DNA of 64,000 nt from the human T2T-CHM13v2.0 reference genome, Homo sapiens (GCF_009914755.1 NC_060926.1); one strand, 5' to 3'. Positions 33,415 through 47,091 are shown, counted from the stretch's first letter. Translations and numbers: made by a program. Notes: a model not told the origin generated them from the letters alone.

Positions 33415-34399
33415 CTGAGATGAGGAAAAGAGGAGAACTTTCCCATGAAGTGCCAATACCATCTCTAAATAAATACTGAAGAATTACTTAAAGTTACTGT
33501 TAAACTTTCCATTGTGCCAACTCATCTGTTTATCTGGGCTCTCAAGGCCTTTCAAATGTGTGCCACTGTTCAAAGAAATCTTTTTGGAAATTTTCTTTGG
33601 AGATTCCTCTTAGAGTTAGTTGTACATTCTTTAAAACATTTTCATTGATAACAAATGTATATTTGAGTGTGAATTAAATTCATTTTAAACAGTGAAATGT
33701 CATTTAATCTTGGTAAATAAATGTAATAACCAGGCTAACTGATTCTCTTCTGAGTCAAAAATACACTGTAACTATAGCATGACAAGGCTACAGATAATAT
33801 ATAAAACCACATCCAAAAAAAAAAAAATAGGGCTTTCAATGTGTTCTGAGCAAAAGCCTTATTACAGAAAGTGTATGATCTGCCAAAAAGTTTATTGTTA
33901 GGACAGTATTTACTTTTATTTTAGGTTCTGATTGGTTTATTTAGTAGATAATCATATTTTATATTGACATTGTACTTAGATTTATAGAAAATATAAATAT
34001 ATTTCCAATAAAATAGATCTAGAGGGTTATTTTGTATATTTCATGAAATAGTCACTATAGACATTGCCTGAAGATTTCTGACCAATGATCTATGATTCAA
34101 AAAAGAAACTGAAGAAGCAATTTTAGAACAATTGTTTTATGTAGCTTTAGTAAGTTTAAGGAGTATTCTAACAAGAAATAGAACAACCTGAAAATACAGA
34201 TAGCACGAAAAATAATTAGATACATTCAATTATAAAAAATACTCATGAATGCTTTAACCTATGGCATTTTTAGAATATTTTGCACACAAACCCCACTAAA
34301 AATACATTATCTACTTTGATTCTCATAGTAAGCTAAAATAATATTATTAACTTTTTTTGACAAAGATTCAATAACAAAGGTTTAGCAAATTTCCCTTAC

Positions 34400-34530
34400 A
34401 CTTGTCCTCAAAATAAAGAGACTAGACACCAAAAAATTTTGCTCTCTTCTTACTACCCCTCGGACTCTGATGAAGTTCTCAGGATAATCTAAAAAACTGG
34501 CTGGTTTAGCAGTACAATGAATACTCAGGG
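34400..34530 (-). pseudogene. GREB1-like pseudoexon (131 bp, open; start of glycosyltransferase-like region)
   Basis: Acceptor ccaatttacag, donor AGT|gtaagg. IRVRGVVRREQNFLVSSLFILRTS vs GREB1 SMRLPLVTDKSHEYIKSPTFTPTTG. Confidence 0.65.
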
Positions 34531-34585
34531 CTGTAAATTGGCATAACAAATCTTCGTGCCCAAAAAAATCACATATGTTTGAATA

Positions 34586-34588
<3 letters not shown>

Positions 34589-34621
<33 letters not shown>
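34589..34621. repeat. (CA)16 microsatellite
   Basis: Pure AC run. Confidence 0.95.
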
Positions 34622-34624
<3 letters not shown>

Positions 34625-34948
34625 GTAAGTCAAATATACATCACAGTCAATATGGGCATAATGGTACTCATCCCCAAACCTCAAGGAATATCAACATTTA
34701 TTTCATGCTGACATTCAAATTCTGATGCGTTTAGGCATGTTGAACTCATGGCAATCTGAAAAATGCCTACTAGGTATTTCTTAGAGTCTATTTAAAATTT
34801 GAGATTTAAAAAAATCAAATTATTTATCTATTTATTTGATATGGCTTAGACCTCAGATACTTTTGCCAGAACATTCCAAGTTATAGTTGCATAGTTTACT
34901 GATTTTGATGGGATTTTTAGGTAAAAAATTATCACCAATTTGTATTTA

Positions 34949-35302
34949 CAGGTTGGACATTCCCTTATCTGAAAATCTGAAATGCTCCAAAATCTGAAAC
35001 ATTTTCAGCACCAACATAATGCTGCGAGTGGAAAATTCCACACCTAACTTCATATGACAGGTCATCATCAAAATGCAGTCAAAACTTTGTTTCATGCACA
35101 AAATTAGTTAAAATATTGCATAAAATTACCTTCAGGCTATGTGTACAATGTGTATATAAAACAAATTTCATGTTTCAGCTTGAGTTCCATCCCCAAGATA
35201 TTCGTTATGTATATGCAAATATTCCAAAATAGAAAGAATCCAAAATCCAAAATCCAAAATTTTTCTGGTCCCAAGAATTTCAGATAAGAGATGCTCAACC
35301 TG
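34949..35302. mobile_element. Tigger4b/Zombi-type DNA transposon
   Basis: TIRs caggttggacattccc... and ...gatgctcaacctg with TA flanks. Confidence 0.85.
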
Positions 35303-36003
35303 TATTTCTAAACTATGACCACCTGTATTTCTAAACTATGACCATTGACTAATAAACAAATTATTCAATGTTGCATAATAAATTGTCAAGTTATCAATGA
35401 AAATGATGAATTAGTTTAGCATACATCTAGCTGAAAATTTTAACATATAAAATTAGTATTAATATAATCATATATGACTTCACTATCTTATTCCCTAAGA
35501 CAAATTACTCACCTTTTTGCATCCTAATGTAACAAAATTTTTCATGCTGTTTTTAAAGTTGCAATATTCTTCACGTAGAAAGGTTGTGTAAACTTTCACA
35601 AATTAGGCAGCAGATCCACTAGAATATGACAAAAATTAGTAAATTGTGAAAATTTCAAGAAATGTGTAATCCATATTTACTTGCAAACTAAAGTTTTAAC
35701 AGTTACATTAACTGGTGACAATAACATATAGAAATATTTCTAACTGTTAATATAATATATTTTATATTTTTTAATTGACAAGAGTAAATGCCCTGAATAC
35801 TTAAACTCCTTCTTTCAAATTGTATTTCCTAGAATATTCTTCAAGGCTATTATGAAATTTTGTTACGATATAACTTAAAATTTACCTTATACCTTTTTAC
35901 CAAGTTAACCTTAAAGATTCTTTTATTTTGGAATGCAGATGACTATATATTTTTATATTATTCATAATATATACATGAAATATAGTTTATATAGAATATA
36001 TAA

Positions 36004-36348
<345 letters not shown>

Positions 36349-36364
36349 AATAATAAAATGTTAA

Positions 36365-37498
36365 TAACAGAATGGGAGAAAATATTTGCAAACTATCCAT
36401 CTGACAAGAGATTAAGAACCACATTATATAAGGGGCTCAAACAAATCTATAGGAAAGAAATCTAATAATATGATTTAAAAATGGGCAAAAGTCTGTATAG
36501 GCATTTTCCAAATGAAGACATGCAAGTGACAAACAGGTATATGAAGAAATGCTCAACATCACTGATCATCAGAGAAATGCAAATCAAAACTACAGCGGAC
36601 TATTATCTCACTCCAGTTAAATGGCTTTATCCAAAAGAGAGGAAATAATGAATGCTGGCAAGGATGTAGAGAAAAAAGAACACTTGCATATTGTGAGTGG
36701 GAATATAAATTAGTACAGTCACTATGGAAAACAGTATGGAGGTTCCTAAAAAACAAAATATAGAACTACCATATGATTCAGCTATCCCACTGCTAGGTAT
36801 GTACCCAAAAGAAAGGAAGTCAATATATGGATATCTGCACTCCCATGTTTATTGCAGCACTATTCACAGTAGTTAACATTTGGAATCAATTTAAGCATCC
36901 ATTAACAGATGAATGGATAAATAAAATGTGATACATGTACACAATGGAGTACTATTCAGCCGTAAAGAATAAGATCCTGTCATTTGCAACAAAATGGATG
37001 GAATGAGAAGACATTATTTTAAGTGAAATAAGTCAGGTACAGAAAGACAAGCGTTGCATGTTCTCAGTCATTTGTGGGAACTAAAAATTAAAACAATTGA
37101 ACTCATGGAGATAGAGAGCAGAAGGATGGTTACCAGCTGCTGAGAAGAGTAATGGAGAAGAAGGATGCAGGGAGTGGGGGTGGTTAATGGACACAAATAT
37201 ATGCTTAGGAAGAATGAATAATATCTAGTACTCGATAGTACAACAGGGTATCTACAATCAATAATAATTTATTGTACATTTAAAAATAACTGAAAGAGTA
37301 TAATTTGAATGTTTGTAACACAAAGAAATAATAAATGCTTGAGTTGAAGGATATCCCATTTACTCTGATGTGATTATTATACATTGTATGCCTGTGTCAA
37401 AATATCTCATGTACCCCATGTATATATACACATATATATGCATATACCTATACATATACATATATATCCACTGTTTACTCATAAAAATTAAAAATTGT
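36365..37498 (+). mobile_element. L1MA (L1MA2-like) 3' end
   Basis: aatgggagaaaatatttgcaaac...aacaattgaactcatggagatagagag...atatctcatgtacccc. Confidence 0.85.
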
Positions 37499-37842
<344 letters not shown>

Positions 37843-38606
37843 TCAAATATAAACTCATTAACCACATGTTTTTGGTAAACCTGATACAAATGAATAAAGA
37901 AGAAAAGTAATCAAAAATTTTAAGACAACTTCTAAAGCTTCATTTGATTATCTATTCCTAATAAACTAAACACATAAGAAAATGTTTCTGGCATAATTCA
38001 AATGATCAATCCTATATTAACCTGTGTTTAAATTCTCCAAAAAAGGGAAAAAAAACAACCTATGAATGTGTGTGTGCCTTGACATGAGTTTGATACAGAA
38101 ATAGAATTTTGAAATCCAAATAATATGAAAAATCTAGAGTATTTGATTGTCATGTAGGAAGCATCTGGGATGTCAAATACAAAATAGAAAGTTTGAAAGA
38201 ATTAATGTCCCAGTGATGGCAAATTTCTCCTAAAGTAGAAGTAAATTCTATGTTAAGAATGACTCAGCAGTTCCTTGACTGCATGCTTTTTTAAATTGAT
38301 GAATTAAAAGAATAGCACAGAATGGAGTGAGAAATGCATATACATAATTCCTATAATGTTTAAAAGATGTTAGGAGGGCATTAAGTCAGTCTAACCTGAG
38401 ATATGCCATAGAAAATTTCTCCACAAATGCACTAGTGTGCATATATATAAGCTATGTTCTTACCCCAGCTTGCATTCTTGATCATAAATTGTTTAAATTT
38501 TTTCTCACTAAATGAGTAATATGACTTAAGGATCTCTATGGCTTGAATATACATTATTTGTAATTTATCTTCAAAATATTCATTTATTTCAAAAACAATC
38601 TATTAC

Positions 38607-38790
38607 TTAGAATAAGTAATTTATGTATGCCATGATTTAGCATCATACATTTTGTATCTTTGCATTAAATCATATGGGTGCTTCATAGCAAAACTGCATT
38701 AGAAAAATTCAACCAAGTTAAATGCTTCAGCGCACTTGTGTGTATCTGCCATATATTTAGATTTTCAACTGGAGTAGTACCATAATTATC
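38607..38790 (-). pseudogene. GREB1-like pseudoexon
   Basis: Phase 1 continues from the previous exon. KSKYMADTHKC...QRYKMYDAKSWHT*ITYS vs GREB1 LSKYAAYNTYHHC...PRYQLYESTLHAFAFSYS. Confidence 0.6.
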
Positions 38791-38907
38791 CTAATGATTA
38801 TTTTAAATACAAACATATATGGGACCTTGACAAATTCCACATAAACGAAGTAACAAAATGAAATTTAGAAATAACCTATTTAGGAAAACTTGTAACTTAA
38901 ATCTTAC

Positions 38908-39003
38908 CACATAATTATTTGCTCTCTATTTGCCTTTCTTGGAGGATAAAGAAAACATCAAATTTCACCTCTGAGTGAGCACACTCTATTTTGTCATGTC
39001 TAG
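38908..39003 (-). pseudogene. Pseudoexon (96 bp)
   Basis: Acceptor tttatctatttctag, donor GTG|gtaaga. RHDKIECAHSEVKFDVFFILQERQIESK*LC; KFD vs GREB1-family LKFDYII. Confidence 0.6.
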
Positions 39004-39949
39004 CTAGAAATAGATAAACGTAGCCAGCCATTTCTCCTCTTCACTTAATCCTGGCCCAATCATTTCAAATGAAGAATAGCTTGTTACTTTAATGTAGGTT
39101 TGTCATGAAAAAAAGGTACTATTTTAGAAGAAATGAAAAAATAAAAGTGTAATTTGGCTACATTTTTGAGTATGCATTAGATTATAAGTAACTATCAAGA
39201 AAATTATGTTTATGTTTCTATTAACTTTTAATGTACACTGTTCACTTGCGATAAACTTAAAAAACAGCACTAGAGTTTTATGAACTGAATTTTACTTGCC
39301 AAGTTTTCCTCTGACTGATATTTTTTCCTGCAGAGATCTATTTTACTTTAGTACACTAAGGTAATTATGGTGAAAAACAGTCTGAATGACCCATTGTAAT
39401 GATTAACATTTATGTTTTGTTTCTACAAAGGCAGGTAAGAAAGTAAATGCAAATTTAAAATTAGTGTAGCTGTATATGAGAAACAAAATTATCTAATTTC
39501 TTCCGAAGGGATTGTTATAGGCATTAACTATTAAAACGCCACCATCTTTCACCCAAATAATACTTATTTGAAATAAAAACTTTTTAAAAAGTTTTTGAAT
39601 CTAATTATTAAGTTATAAAAATTCACAAAACAATATTCATAAATGTTATGACTTATTTTAAGTCATCTTTCACCTATAATACATAAGGATAACAAGTTTC
39701 TATTCATGCAAAGGTGTTAATTAATGAATGACAAACCCTTGCCAATTATTGACACATTCTTCCCTAATCCTGTTATGTGAAACATTTTAATGAAGTCATA
39801 GTTTATTACTAATGATATACTCTTGATTTTTTTTAACTATGGGAGAAAAATCAATGTAACTTATTTGGCTTTACCTACTTTTAAAATCACAGCAGTTAAG
39901 TAAGCTGCATTTTGTCCACCACATTTCATGTTCCATCAAAAGTTATGAC

Positions 39950-40102
39950 CTCAGCCAACAAATCCAGGGCCTGGTCCTTCACACCTCTGGGAGATCTGCT
40001 AAAAACCTCCCTTTCAGCCCCATTATCTCCCTGGCCACAAAGGTGTCAGCTAATTATCTCTGAATAAGAATTGTATTGGACCTTAATTTTCAGTAACAGG
40101 AT
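39950..40102 (-). pseudogene. GREB1-like pseudoexon (3' end uncertain; alternative donor at 39875)
   Basis: Acceptor cctttctccttctttacacactgtcag. ILLLKIKVQYNSYSEII vs GREB1 MLVRLTEVDVYDEEEIN. Confidence 0.5.
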
Positions 40103-40228
40103 CTGACAGTGTGTAAAGAAGGAGAAAGGAACAATCCTTTTATCTTTCCCAGGTCATTTCTTTCTGGAAGCCAAGGGATGGCATAACTCATTCAGCATAT
40201 ACGATGAATGAAAACATGATCAAATTAC

Positions 40229-40377
40229 AGTGTCCACATCTTCCTGTAGCAGCAAGTTTCTCCATCAAGAGGACCCAACTGAAATTGGACATTGTCCTGG
40301 GTCCCTTAGCTCTTTAAACCCACCCGGGAAAAGTTTTCACAAAATGATGAGAATGTTTGCAAGTAACCACACAAAAA
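40229..40377 (-). pseudogene. GREB1-like pseudoexon with degenerate Walker A-like motif
   Basis: Acceptor tttattacag, donor ACT|gtaatt. FQLGPLDGETCCY vs GREB1 LLSGPPQIGKTGAY. Confidence 0.6.
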
Positions 40378-41699
40378 CTGTAATAAATCCACTTCTAGAA
40401 AGTAGATTTATTTTTAGTTCATTTGATTATAATCGTCATTGCAATTTTGGAAAACATAATATGTTTATCTCATTTCAAATAAAAATTATAGACTTTATAG
40501 CAGGATGAATATAGGTCTAATGTATCCTTTGAAAACTACTATATTAGCATCTCCTAAAATCTGAGCATTAGCTTAAGCAGTTTACAGAATAGAGCCAGTT
40601 AAAGAATGACAACAAAATCCACCTTAGATACTAGTATTTCTCTAACCTGTTGTTTACATGATTTTACAGTATGTGGTGTCAATTGGCTTGAGTTTAGAAG
40701 ATAATTGCTTTACATGCAGCTTTGAAAAAGGACAACATTGATTACGGTTGTGTTCGTGTAGTAATTAGAGTTCATCTAAGAGAAGGGCTTTTTTGGCTGG
40801 TGTCTGGAAGTGTTAGGTGGACATCTAGTCCCATTTCTCCAGGGCTCCCTCCCTCCTCTTTCCCTTCTCCTCACAGCTTGTCCCAGGACATGGTGATAAT
40901 CTGCCAGCACCCACTTTCTTCTGACTGACTGGAAGAAAGGCCTATAAGGTTGCATGAATTATTGTTGAGCTGCTGACAAGCTCTTCTCCTTTCCCTCCTC
41001 CAACCTCCCTGTTGTATGCACTTTTAGGGGGAAAAAACAGTGGCTGTAAGAAGGTCTCCTAATAGAGGGGGGTCATTGGAGGCTAAATGCATGGGCACAC
41101 TGCCCTGTTGCCTTGAGTGGACTTGCCACTAAAAGTGAGCATCAAAGCAGAGATTCAGTGTGGCTAGAAGTGAAAGCTACTCCTTAAGGAGCTCTCAGTG
41201 AACAGGAAAATGTTACTGATTTTTTCTATGTGAGCTCCACTCTGTGGGAAAAAAGACAAGTGCTCTGAATCCTGTGTTGTTCCAGAGGAATTTGAGGGAG
41301 GAAGCAGGAAGAAGCTGGCCTTCTCCAGGCCCATGGCTTGTTTTAAGTGTGCCCCAGGAATGAGAAGAGGACAAAATGAATAGCAAGGAGAAGCCCTCTC
41401 ACTCTCGTTACCCATACCCAGGCTGCTCCAGCTCCAGGACCCTGAATACGGGTCCTGCTGATGCCATGAGGGCCAGCGAGGGAAGGACGTGGGAAAGAAT
41501 CTCATGGGCTCACAGGGAGCCTTGCCTCCTAGCTGTTGTGCAGAGTAGTTGTGGTAGCCTGGAAATATCACCAAATGATGGTTTTGGCTCTGTCATTTCA
41601 CCTGGAAAGCACATTCTCACCTCCCACAGCACAGGACCTGGTACACGGGACACACTCTGTGGAGCATCACAGCCACCATTTGTCCAGCTGGCTGCCTGA

Positions 41700-41890
41700 C
41701 ATGGACACACGTTCTCTCACTGAACCTTCACAGTAGGCCCAGGAGGCACGCGCTAGGATGCCGCTTATTCAATCCATGAGGAAACTGAGGTTTGCTAACT
41801 TGCTGGGGGCCAGCCAGAGAGTAAAGGCAGCACTAGGAAGGGAATCGAGGTGTCTGTCTGAGAAGGTGCTTGAATCTCAGGCTCCAAAAC
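41700..41890 (-). mobile_element. MIR fragment
   Basis: atgaggaaactgagg...taacttgc...gaatcgaggtgtctgtctg. Confidence 0.6.
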
Positions 41891-42404
41891 ACCCAGTAAA
41901 TGTTCTTTGGAAGAATCATTTATATTGAACTTGGCCGTTTAACAAATGATTCCAACGCCTATTGCCTCAAGTGGCTCTTCAGCCTCGTTTTGAGGTTAAT
42001 ATGAACTTTAACTCCATTGTATAGTTGAGGAGACTAAGAAGATGTGGCTTTCTGGTGACAGAGCTTGCTACACGGGTCTTTCAATCAAAGTCAATCAAAG
42101 CCAGATGTCCTTCCTCACACCTCACCGTGTCTGCAGAGGGCCATGTGGCTTTTCTGAAGTTGCATCCCTACTCTACAGAGGGAGCGTGTGGCCATGCCAA
42201 GTCTCCCTTCTCCTGGGCGGTGCTCCTCGTCCATCCCTCAGCAGCCCAGGTGCCTCAGCTGCTGCCCTTGTCCCTCTCTGGATGCTCCAGTCACCTGAAA
42301 CACTGATCCCTCCATGGGCCATTTCCAGAGAGGGGGCATTTTCAGAGCTCCTTTGTGTGTGGCTATATAATTTGTATAACAGGTGCCTTTCATTCCAGAG
42401 AGGC

Positions 42405-42520
42405 ACTTATTCATTTATTCATTCATCAGCAAATATTTACGAACTCTGTAGTATGACAGACAGACACTTCACCAGACGGTGGTCTGCAACAGTGGGGAAA
42501 ATTATCATGGCCCAGGTGAC
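42405..42520 (-). mobile_element. L2 3' end fragment
   Basis: tattcatttattcattcatcagcaaatatttacg. Confidence 0.5.
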
Positions 42521-42687
42521 AAAGAGACTTGATTGTTTATTCCTTTCTTTTGATATTGAGATAGAATTCTTTTTGAAAAGTAGATTTCTGCTTTTACCAC
42601 CACACTGCAAAATAAATCTTTCAAGCTCTAAGTATCCTTCTGGGCACCCCTTTTGCTGTCTCCTCTCCTGTGTAGAATAGATCTTGC

Positions 42688-42902
42688 TGTGAAGTTCTGT
42701 GCAGCTGGGTGGACATAAACACAAACAGAGGCAGCAATGTGACCATTTTCAGAGGTGGCAGTGGAACACAATGTTCAGAGAGAGATTTGCTATGGGGTCA
42801 TAGTGAGATGGTGGTCGCATTAATGACCTTCTTGTGAATATCCCCCAAGATGTGACACAGAGTTTGTCTAAAAACTTTATTTAAAGGTGACATTAGGTAA
42901 TC
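42688..42902 (-). pseudogene. GREB1-like pseudoexon whose 3' part is shared with the previous exon
   Basis: Acceptor cttttcaaag, GC-type donor ACA|gcaaga. GIFTRRSLMRPPSHYD...VFH vs GREB1 SLYYRQWTVPRPSHMD...GFH. Confidence 0.5.
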
Positions 42903-43580
42903 CTTTGAAAAGTTTTACCATAGAATTAGACACCAGTAAGTACTTAAGAAATGCTAGTATCATTCTTCCTGTGGTTTGAAGATAAAATACAATAACACAT
43001 GTAAACAGAAATTTCACCAGAATGCTAATGTTATTATAAAATCATAGACCAAATAAACCTTTAAGATACAAGAATGTAAAAATCTCTAAAAAAACACTGG
43101 GATATAGTTATCAAAATCCCTACAGCACTCACTTTGCTCAACATCTAATAGTTGTGGTAGTTTTATTAAACCGGTGGCTGGGTTTAACAGACACTTTTTC
43201 CATGCCACAGCTGTCTTATTTACTTAAGAATAGATTAGGTAAGTGTTAAAGCTAAGCAACAAGCAATTCTATTATTTTCATTATACACATTTTAAAAATC
43301 TCATGTAGGTTTCTTTCTCTGGGATCAAAGCAAAAAAAGATCTGCTATCTCTAGAAACCTCAAAATGCTATATCCACACAATAGGGAACAGTTGCTTCTT
43401 TTAGAATTATATAGCTAGATGACAAATGGAAAAGAGAAATGTACTTATTTTTCTTAATTTCTCTATTCCTGAAAAACTTCTTGACATGAAAGTATTATCT
43501 AATCATGTAAAATGTAACATAAAGGGTTTCTATCATTTTGTTTTCTCAAGGATCTCTCTACTTTTAAGAATAGATCTTAC

Positions 43581-43776
43581 TGTGAAGTTCTGGGTAGCTG
43601 GGCAGACATAAGCACCATCAGAAGTAGTAATGTGACCATTTTCAGAGGTGGCAGTGGAGGTGGCAGATGGGAAATCAATCTGATTCTTCGACGATAGTTC
43701 ACATTAACATACAAGGTAATCTACTTCCTCAAGTTCACATATGGTAAAACTCAGATGACCTTATGGGGTTCCAGAG
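43581..43776 (-). pseudogene. GREB1-like pseudoexon (196 bp)
   Basis: Strong acceptor cctgcttcttttcttcag, donor ACA|gtaaga. TICELEEVDYLVC*CELSSKNQIDFP vs GREB1 TYLELEGLPCILIFSGMDPHGESLP. Confidence 0.65.
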
Positions 43777-44831
43777 CTGAAGAAAAGAAGCAGGAGGAAA
43801 TTTGGTTCTGCGGAGTGAAACCTATTTGCCCTGATGGACAGAGGAGGCCCATTCCCCCCCACACTTGTCTGTTTCTCTGACGCTGCCTTAGGACACATGT
43901 ATGATTTTTTTTAAGTGAGTGGATATTTTGTTGTATATCTCATAAGTTATATTCATGAATGAAATAAAAATAAGAAATTTCATGAGATGAAAGAAAATAT
44001 TAAAACCATCAATAAAATAAATTTCATAACACTGTAGTATTATAACAATTTAGATATTTTTTGTATCCCAGCTCAAGAGTATATCTCTCCTGGTATGCCC
44101 CTTGTTCAACTTTGTGTCTGAACTCAGAGATATTCTTGTGAAACAAAAGAAGAAATCCTACTTTAAGCAATATTCTTCAATATTCTATTGGCAAGAAAAT
44201 AAAATGAAACTGTAATAAGGTTTTTAGAGGTACTGTATTTTGTAATAAAAATAATAAAATAACCATTTCTTCTTTTAAAATAAGTGTTTTCTGTTTCTAG
44301 ATTTTGTCTATATAAAAACTAGAAAATAATTTATTGTAAGATGAAATCTTCATCACCTTTTTAAAAGTCATTTCAATAGAAGGTTTGTTTGACTGTTATA
44401 TTTTAAGTTGCCTTTGACTCACTGGACAAATTAATTTGTTATCTCAGATATACAATTCATAGATTGTTTGCTAGATATTTAAATAAGAGTTTTAATGTTC
44501 TGATTATTTTTTATCCCATATACCTTGCCTCAAACTGATTACAGTATGCATTTTCTTAGACAGAAAATTTTTACAAAATTAAATACTGGAGATTAATTCT
44601 CATCCTTAATTTTATAGATTTCCAGAGGATAATTTATCTTTAGAAACTAATAGCATTGATTTAAAGAAAAGACTTCTCTAGCTTTCGTTTTACTATGTTA
44701 TTACTTGTTTACATTTTAACCTATAATATCTAATTATTTAAATTGTAATTCTTAAGTGACAATTAATGGACCTATTTAAACATGTGCATTGATTTCTAAA
44801 CTCCTCTAGCAGATATCAGTAACTTGCTTAC

Positions 44832-45001
44832 ACTGAAGATTTCACCACTAAGAGAATGTGTGTTTGGTTGCTGCACCATGTGAAATACTATAGTCGGAAA
44901 CTATTGTACATTCAAATAGATAAATTATTAATACTCTCTGCTGCTGTTAAACAAGCATCACATTTGCGGCATTGAAATTCTGATTTGTCAACTATTGGGG
45001 G
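44832..45001 (-). pseudogene. GREB1-like pseudoexon (170 bp)
   Basis: Acceptor tagttacag, donor AGT|gtaagc. AANVMLV*QQQRVLIIYLFECTI...KHTFS*W*NLQ vs GREB1 VAYERLAHVRARLALEEHFEIIL...KHFVKQLRMWQKIE. Confidence 0.6.
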
Positions 45002-45398
45002 CTGTAACTATATTAAACAATGCATCTATGTGAGGGGGAAAATATTCTTTAGAAGGGGGATCTTAATCAGTTTCATGCTGAGCAAAAGAAAATTGTAAAC
45101 TATGCATTAAAAGAAGATTTACTGAAAGTTATTTTTACTAGATCCACTGCATTCTAATTCACTGCTTCCCTTTAGCTTTCAATGATAATATACGTAATCT
45201 TCCAGACACATTCATGAGCAAAGTTTGATGTGGATTTACACTTGTGGAGCTACATTACAATGGATAGATTTAAGGTATTATAAAATGAGTTTTTGGATTT
45301 GTTACAGGGGTACGGAGCCCCTCAGTTACAGGCGGATAGGTTTTCCAACATATGGCAACCACCTTATTATAAAACAAAACAGTGTTAAGTCAAAGTAC

Positions 45399-45525
45399 CT
45401 GATTACAATTCGCGACCGCCATGCAGCTACGATAGCCAGGCTTATATTTAATACCGCAGAAACAATATCATTTATTTTTCTGTCTTCTCTTATCCCTAAG
45501 TTATTGGGTTTGTAGGCTTTGAAAC
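45399..45525 (-). pseudogene. GREB1-like pseudoexon (127 bp, open)
   Basis: Acceptor ttttatccttttgcttaag, donor CAG|gtactt. Frame continues from the previous exon: FKAYKPNNLGIREDRKINDIVSAVLNISLAIVAAWRSRIVI; INDIVSAVLN vs GREB1 TLEITQNLLN. Confidence 0.65.
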
Positions 45526-46618
45526 CTTAAGCAAAAGGATAAAATACAAATTATAGAAAACATTGGAGTATGGAGAAATCAAATTACATTCTCCACAATC
45601 CTCAAAAAGATAGTTCACATTCCTCACGTGCAGTCTGGGCGAATCCTCATCACCAGAGAGCTTTCAGGAGGATAATTAGTAGTCTTTGGGGTACAAGGAG
45701 AGCATTCAAATTGTACTAGGAAGAGCCAATTCTACTAACGAGTTAATTTCCAGCTTGAAATAATAATTATCCAAGTTTTTTCCAATAAAACCTATTATTG
45801 AGAGTGTTCAAATAATTAAAAATATTGTCATGTGTTCTTTAGATACAATGATTACCAACAGAGGTCTAGGAGAAGGTGTATTCTATCTTTAAAAAGTGGG
45901 TAGGTTTTCCTTGTTTTTAGCTCTCTTTTCAAATTTCAAATTCATTATGAAATTGTGCAATTTTGGAAGTTGGTCAGAACATGAACATAAAGAAAAAATA
46001 CATTCACCATCGAACACAGAGGAAAGCAAATTCTTTTGCAACATCAGTTTCTAATAAGTAAGATCTTTGTAGAAACTTCAGTGAATGACAAAAAAAAAAA
46101 AAGAATTGTTAGTGAATAGATGTATTCAATTGGGTGTAATAACTAGTTAATTTATAACCAATCAAAGTTAAAGCTCCATAGGCTTGTCTTAGACTCTTGT
46201 TCCCATTCACTGTTCTCTTATTAACAAGGCTTTAATTCCAGTGGTGACAGACAAAAGCATGGGACTCTAATGAACTGTCTGCTCTGTGCAGAGAGCTGGT
46301 GGTAATGTCGAATGTTAGTAACAATAATGATAATCTTTAGTATTTTTAGCTTGTCAGAACTTGCACAGCTAACAACAACCAGTCTTTTACTAAAACTCTA
46401 CCTCATCAAACTAACTTAATTAGCAATTCAACTCCTTATTTTTGTTTTGGATACCCCTCTGGCTACTAATTAAAGCTTAATCGAAACCGCTGAACTGAGG
46501 TTGTAAAGAATTCATTAATATTAAAATTAGCCCCAACAATTTTTTTGGGGGCTGGTGCAATTTGTATTTGTTACTGTCAGGGACTTGAAACTCAGTTGAA
46601 TTGTTTAAAACGCCTTAC

Positions 46619-46792
46619 AAGAAATTCTCGGTCTGCCATACATAAGAGCTGAGCATATACGACAAATGCCAATAGTTACAAAAACATCATTTCTGACCAT
46701 GCAACTTAGTCCACTTGGGCCATTTTTAAATATATTTAGCCAAATTATAACTTAGCATTTTTTTCTGAAGTCATTCACATTGCTTTATCCTC
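46619..46792 (-). pseudogene. GREB1-like pseudoexon with frameshift
   Basis: Donor CTT|gtaagg; acceptor weak. MVRNDVFVTIGICRICSALMYG vs GREB1 VIRTFVLVQHYAAALMAV. Confidence 0.6.
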
Positions 46793-47091
46793 CTAAGTGG
46801 TTTCATATTTTGGATAAAAGAGAAGAGAAAGAACTCTGGAAAAAATTTCAAGGATTGATTTTTATGTATTATCTTGACAAGATTAATATGTTTGAAAAAT
46901 GAACAGATTTAGCTCTTCACTTTGATTCTTCCACTTTTTGTAGCATCAAAGATTACTCTAACAGCGGTACTGGTCATTCTGAAAAGTAAAATCAAATGAG
47001 TACAAAACCCAAATGCTCTGTACAGGACACACTTTTTTAAAAAATGAAATCTGATCTTTTATCAGGAATGGTTGAAAAGGAAATGTAATAC

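Noticed and set aside
40700-42400. GC-richer stretch as a CpG-island promoter
   Set aside because: CpG-depleted, contains MIR fragments, and shows no promoter evidence from sequence alone.
42042-42680. Longest ORF in the track (212 aa, plus strand)
   Set aside because: No recognisable domain; it runs through an L2 remnant and is probably a chance ORF in locally GC-richer sequence.
44832-45525. Cys-rich zinc-finger-like reading (YCFCGIKYKPGYRSC...FQCRKCDAC)
   Set aside because: This is an alternative frame; the other frame is open across a splice junction and fits the GREB1 collinearity.
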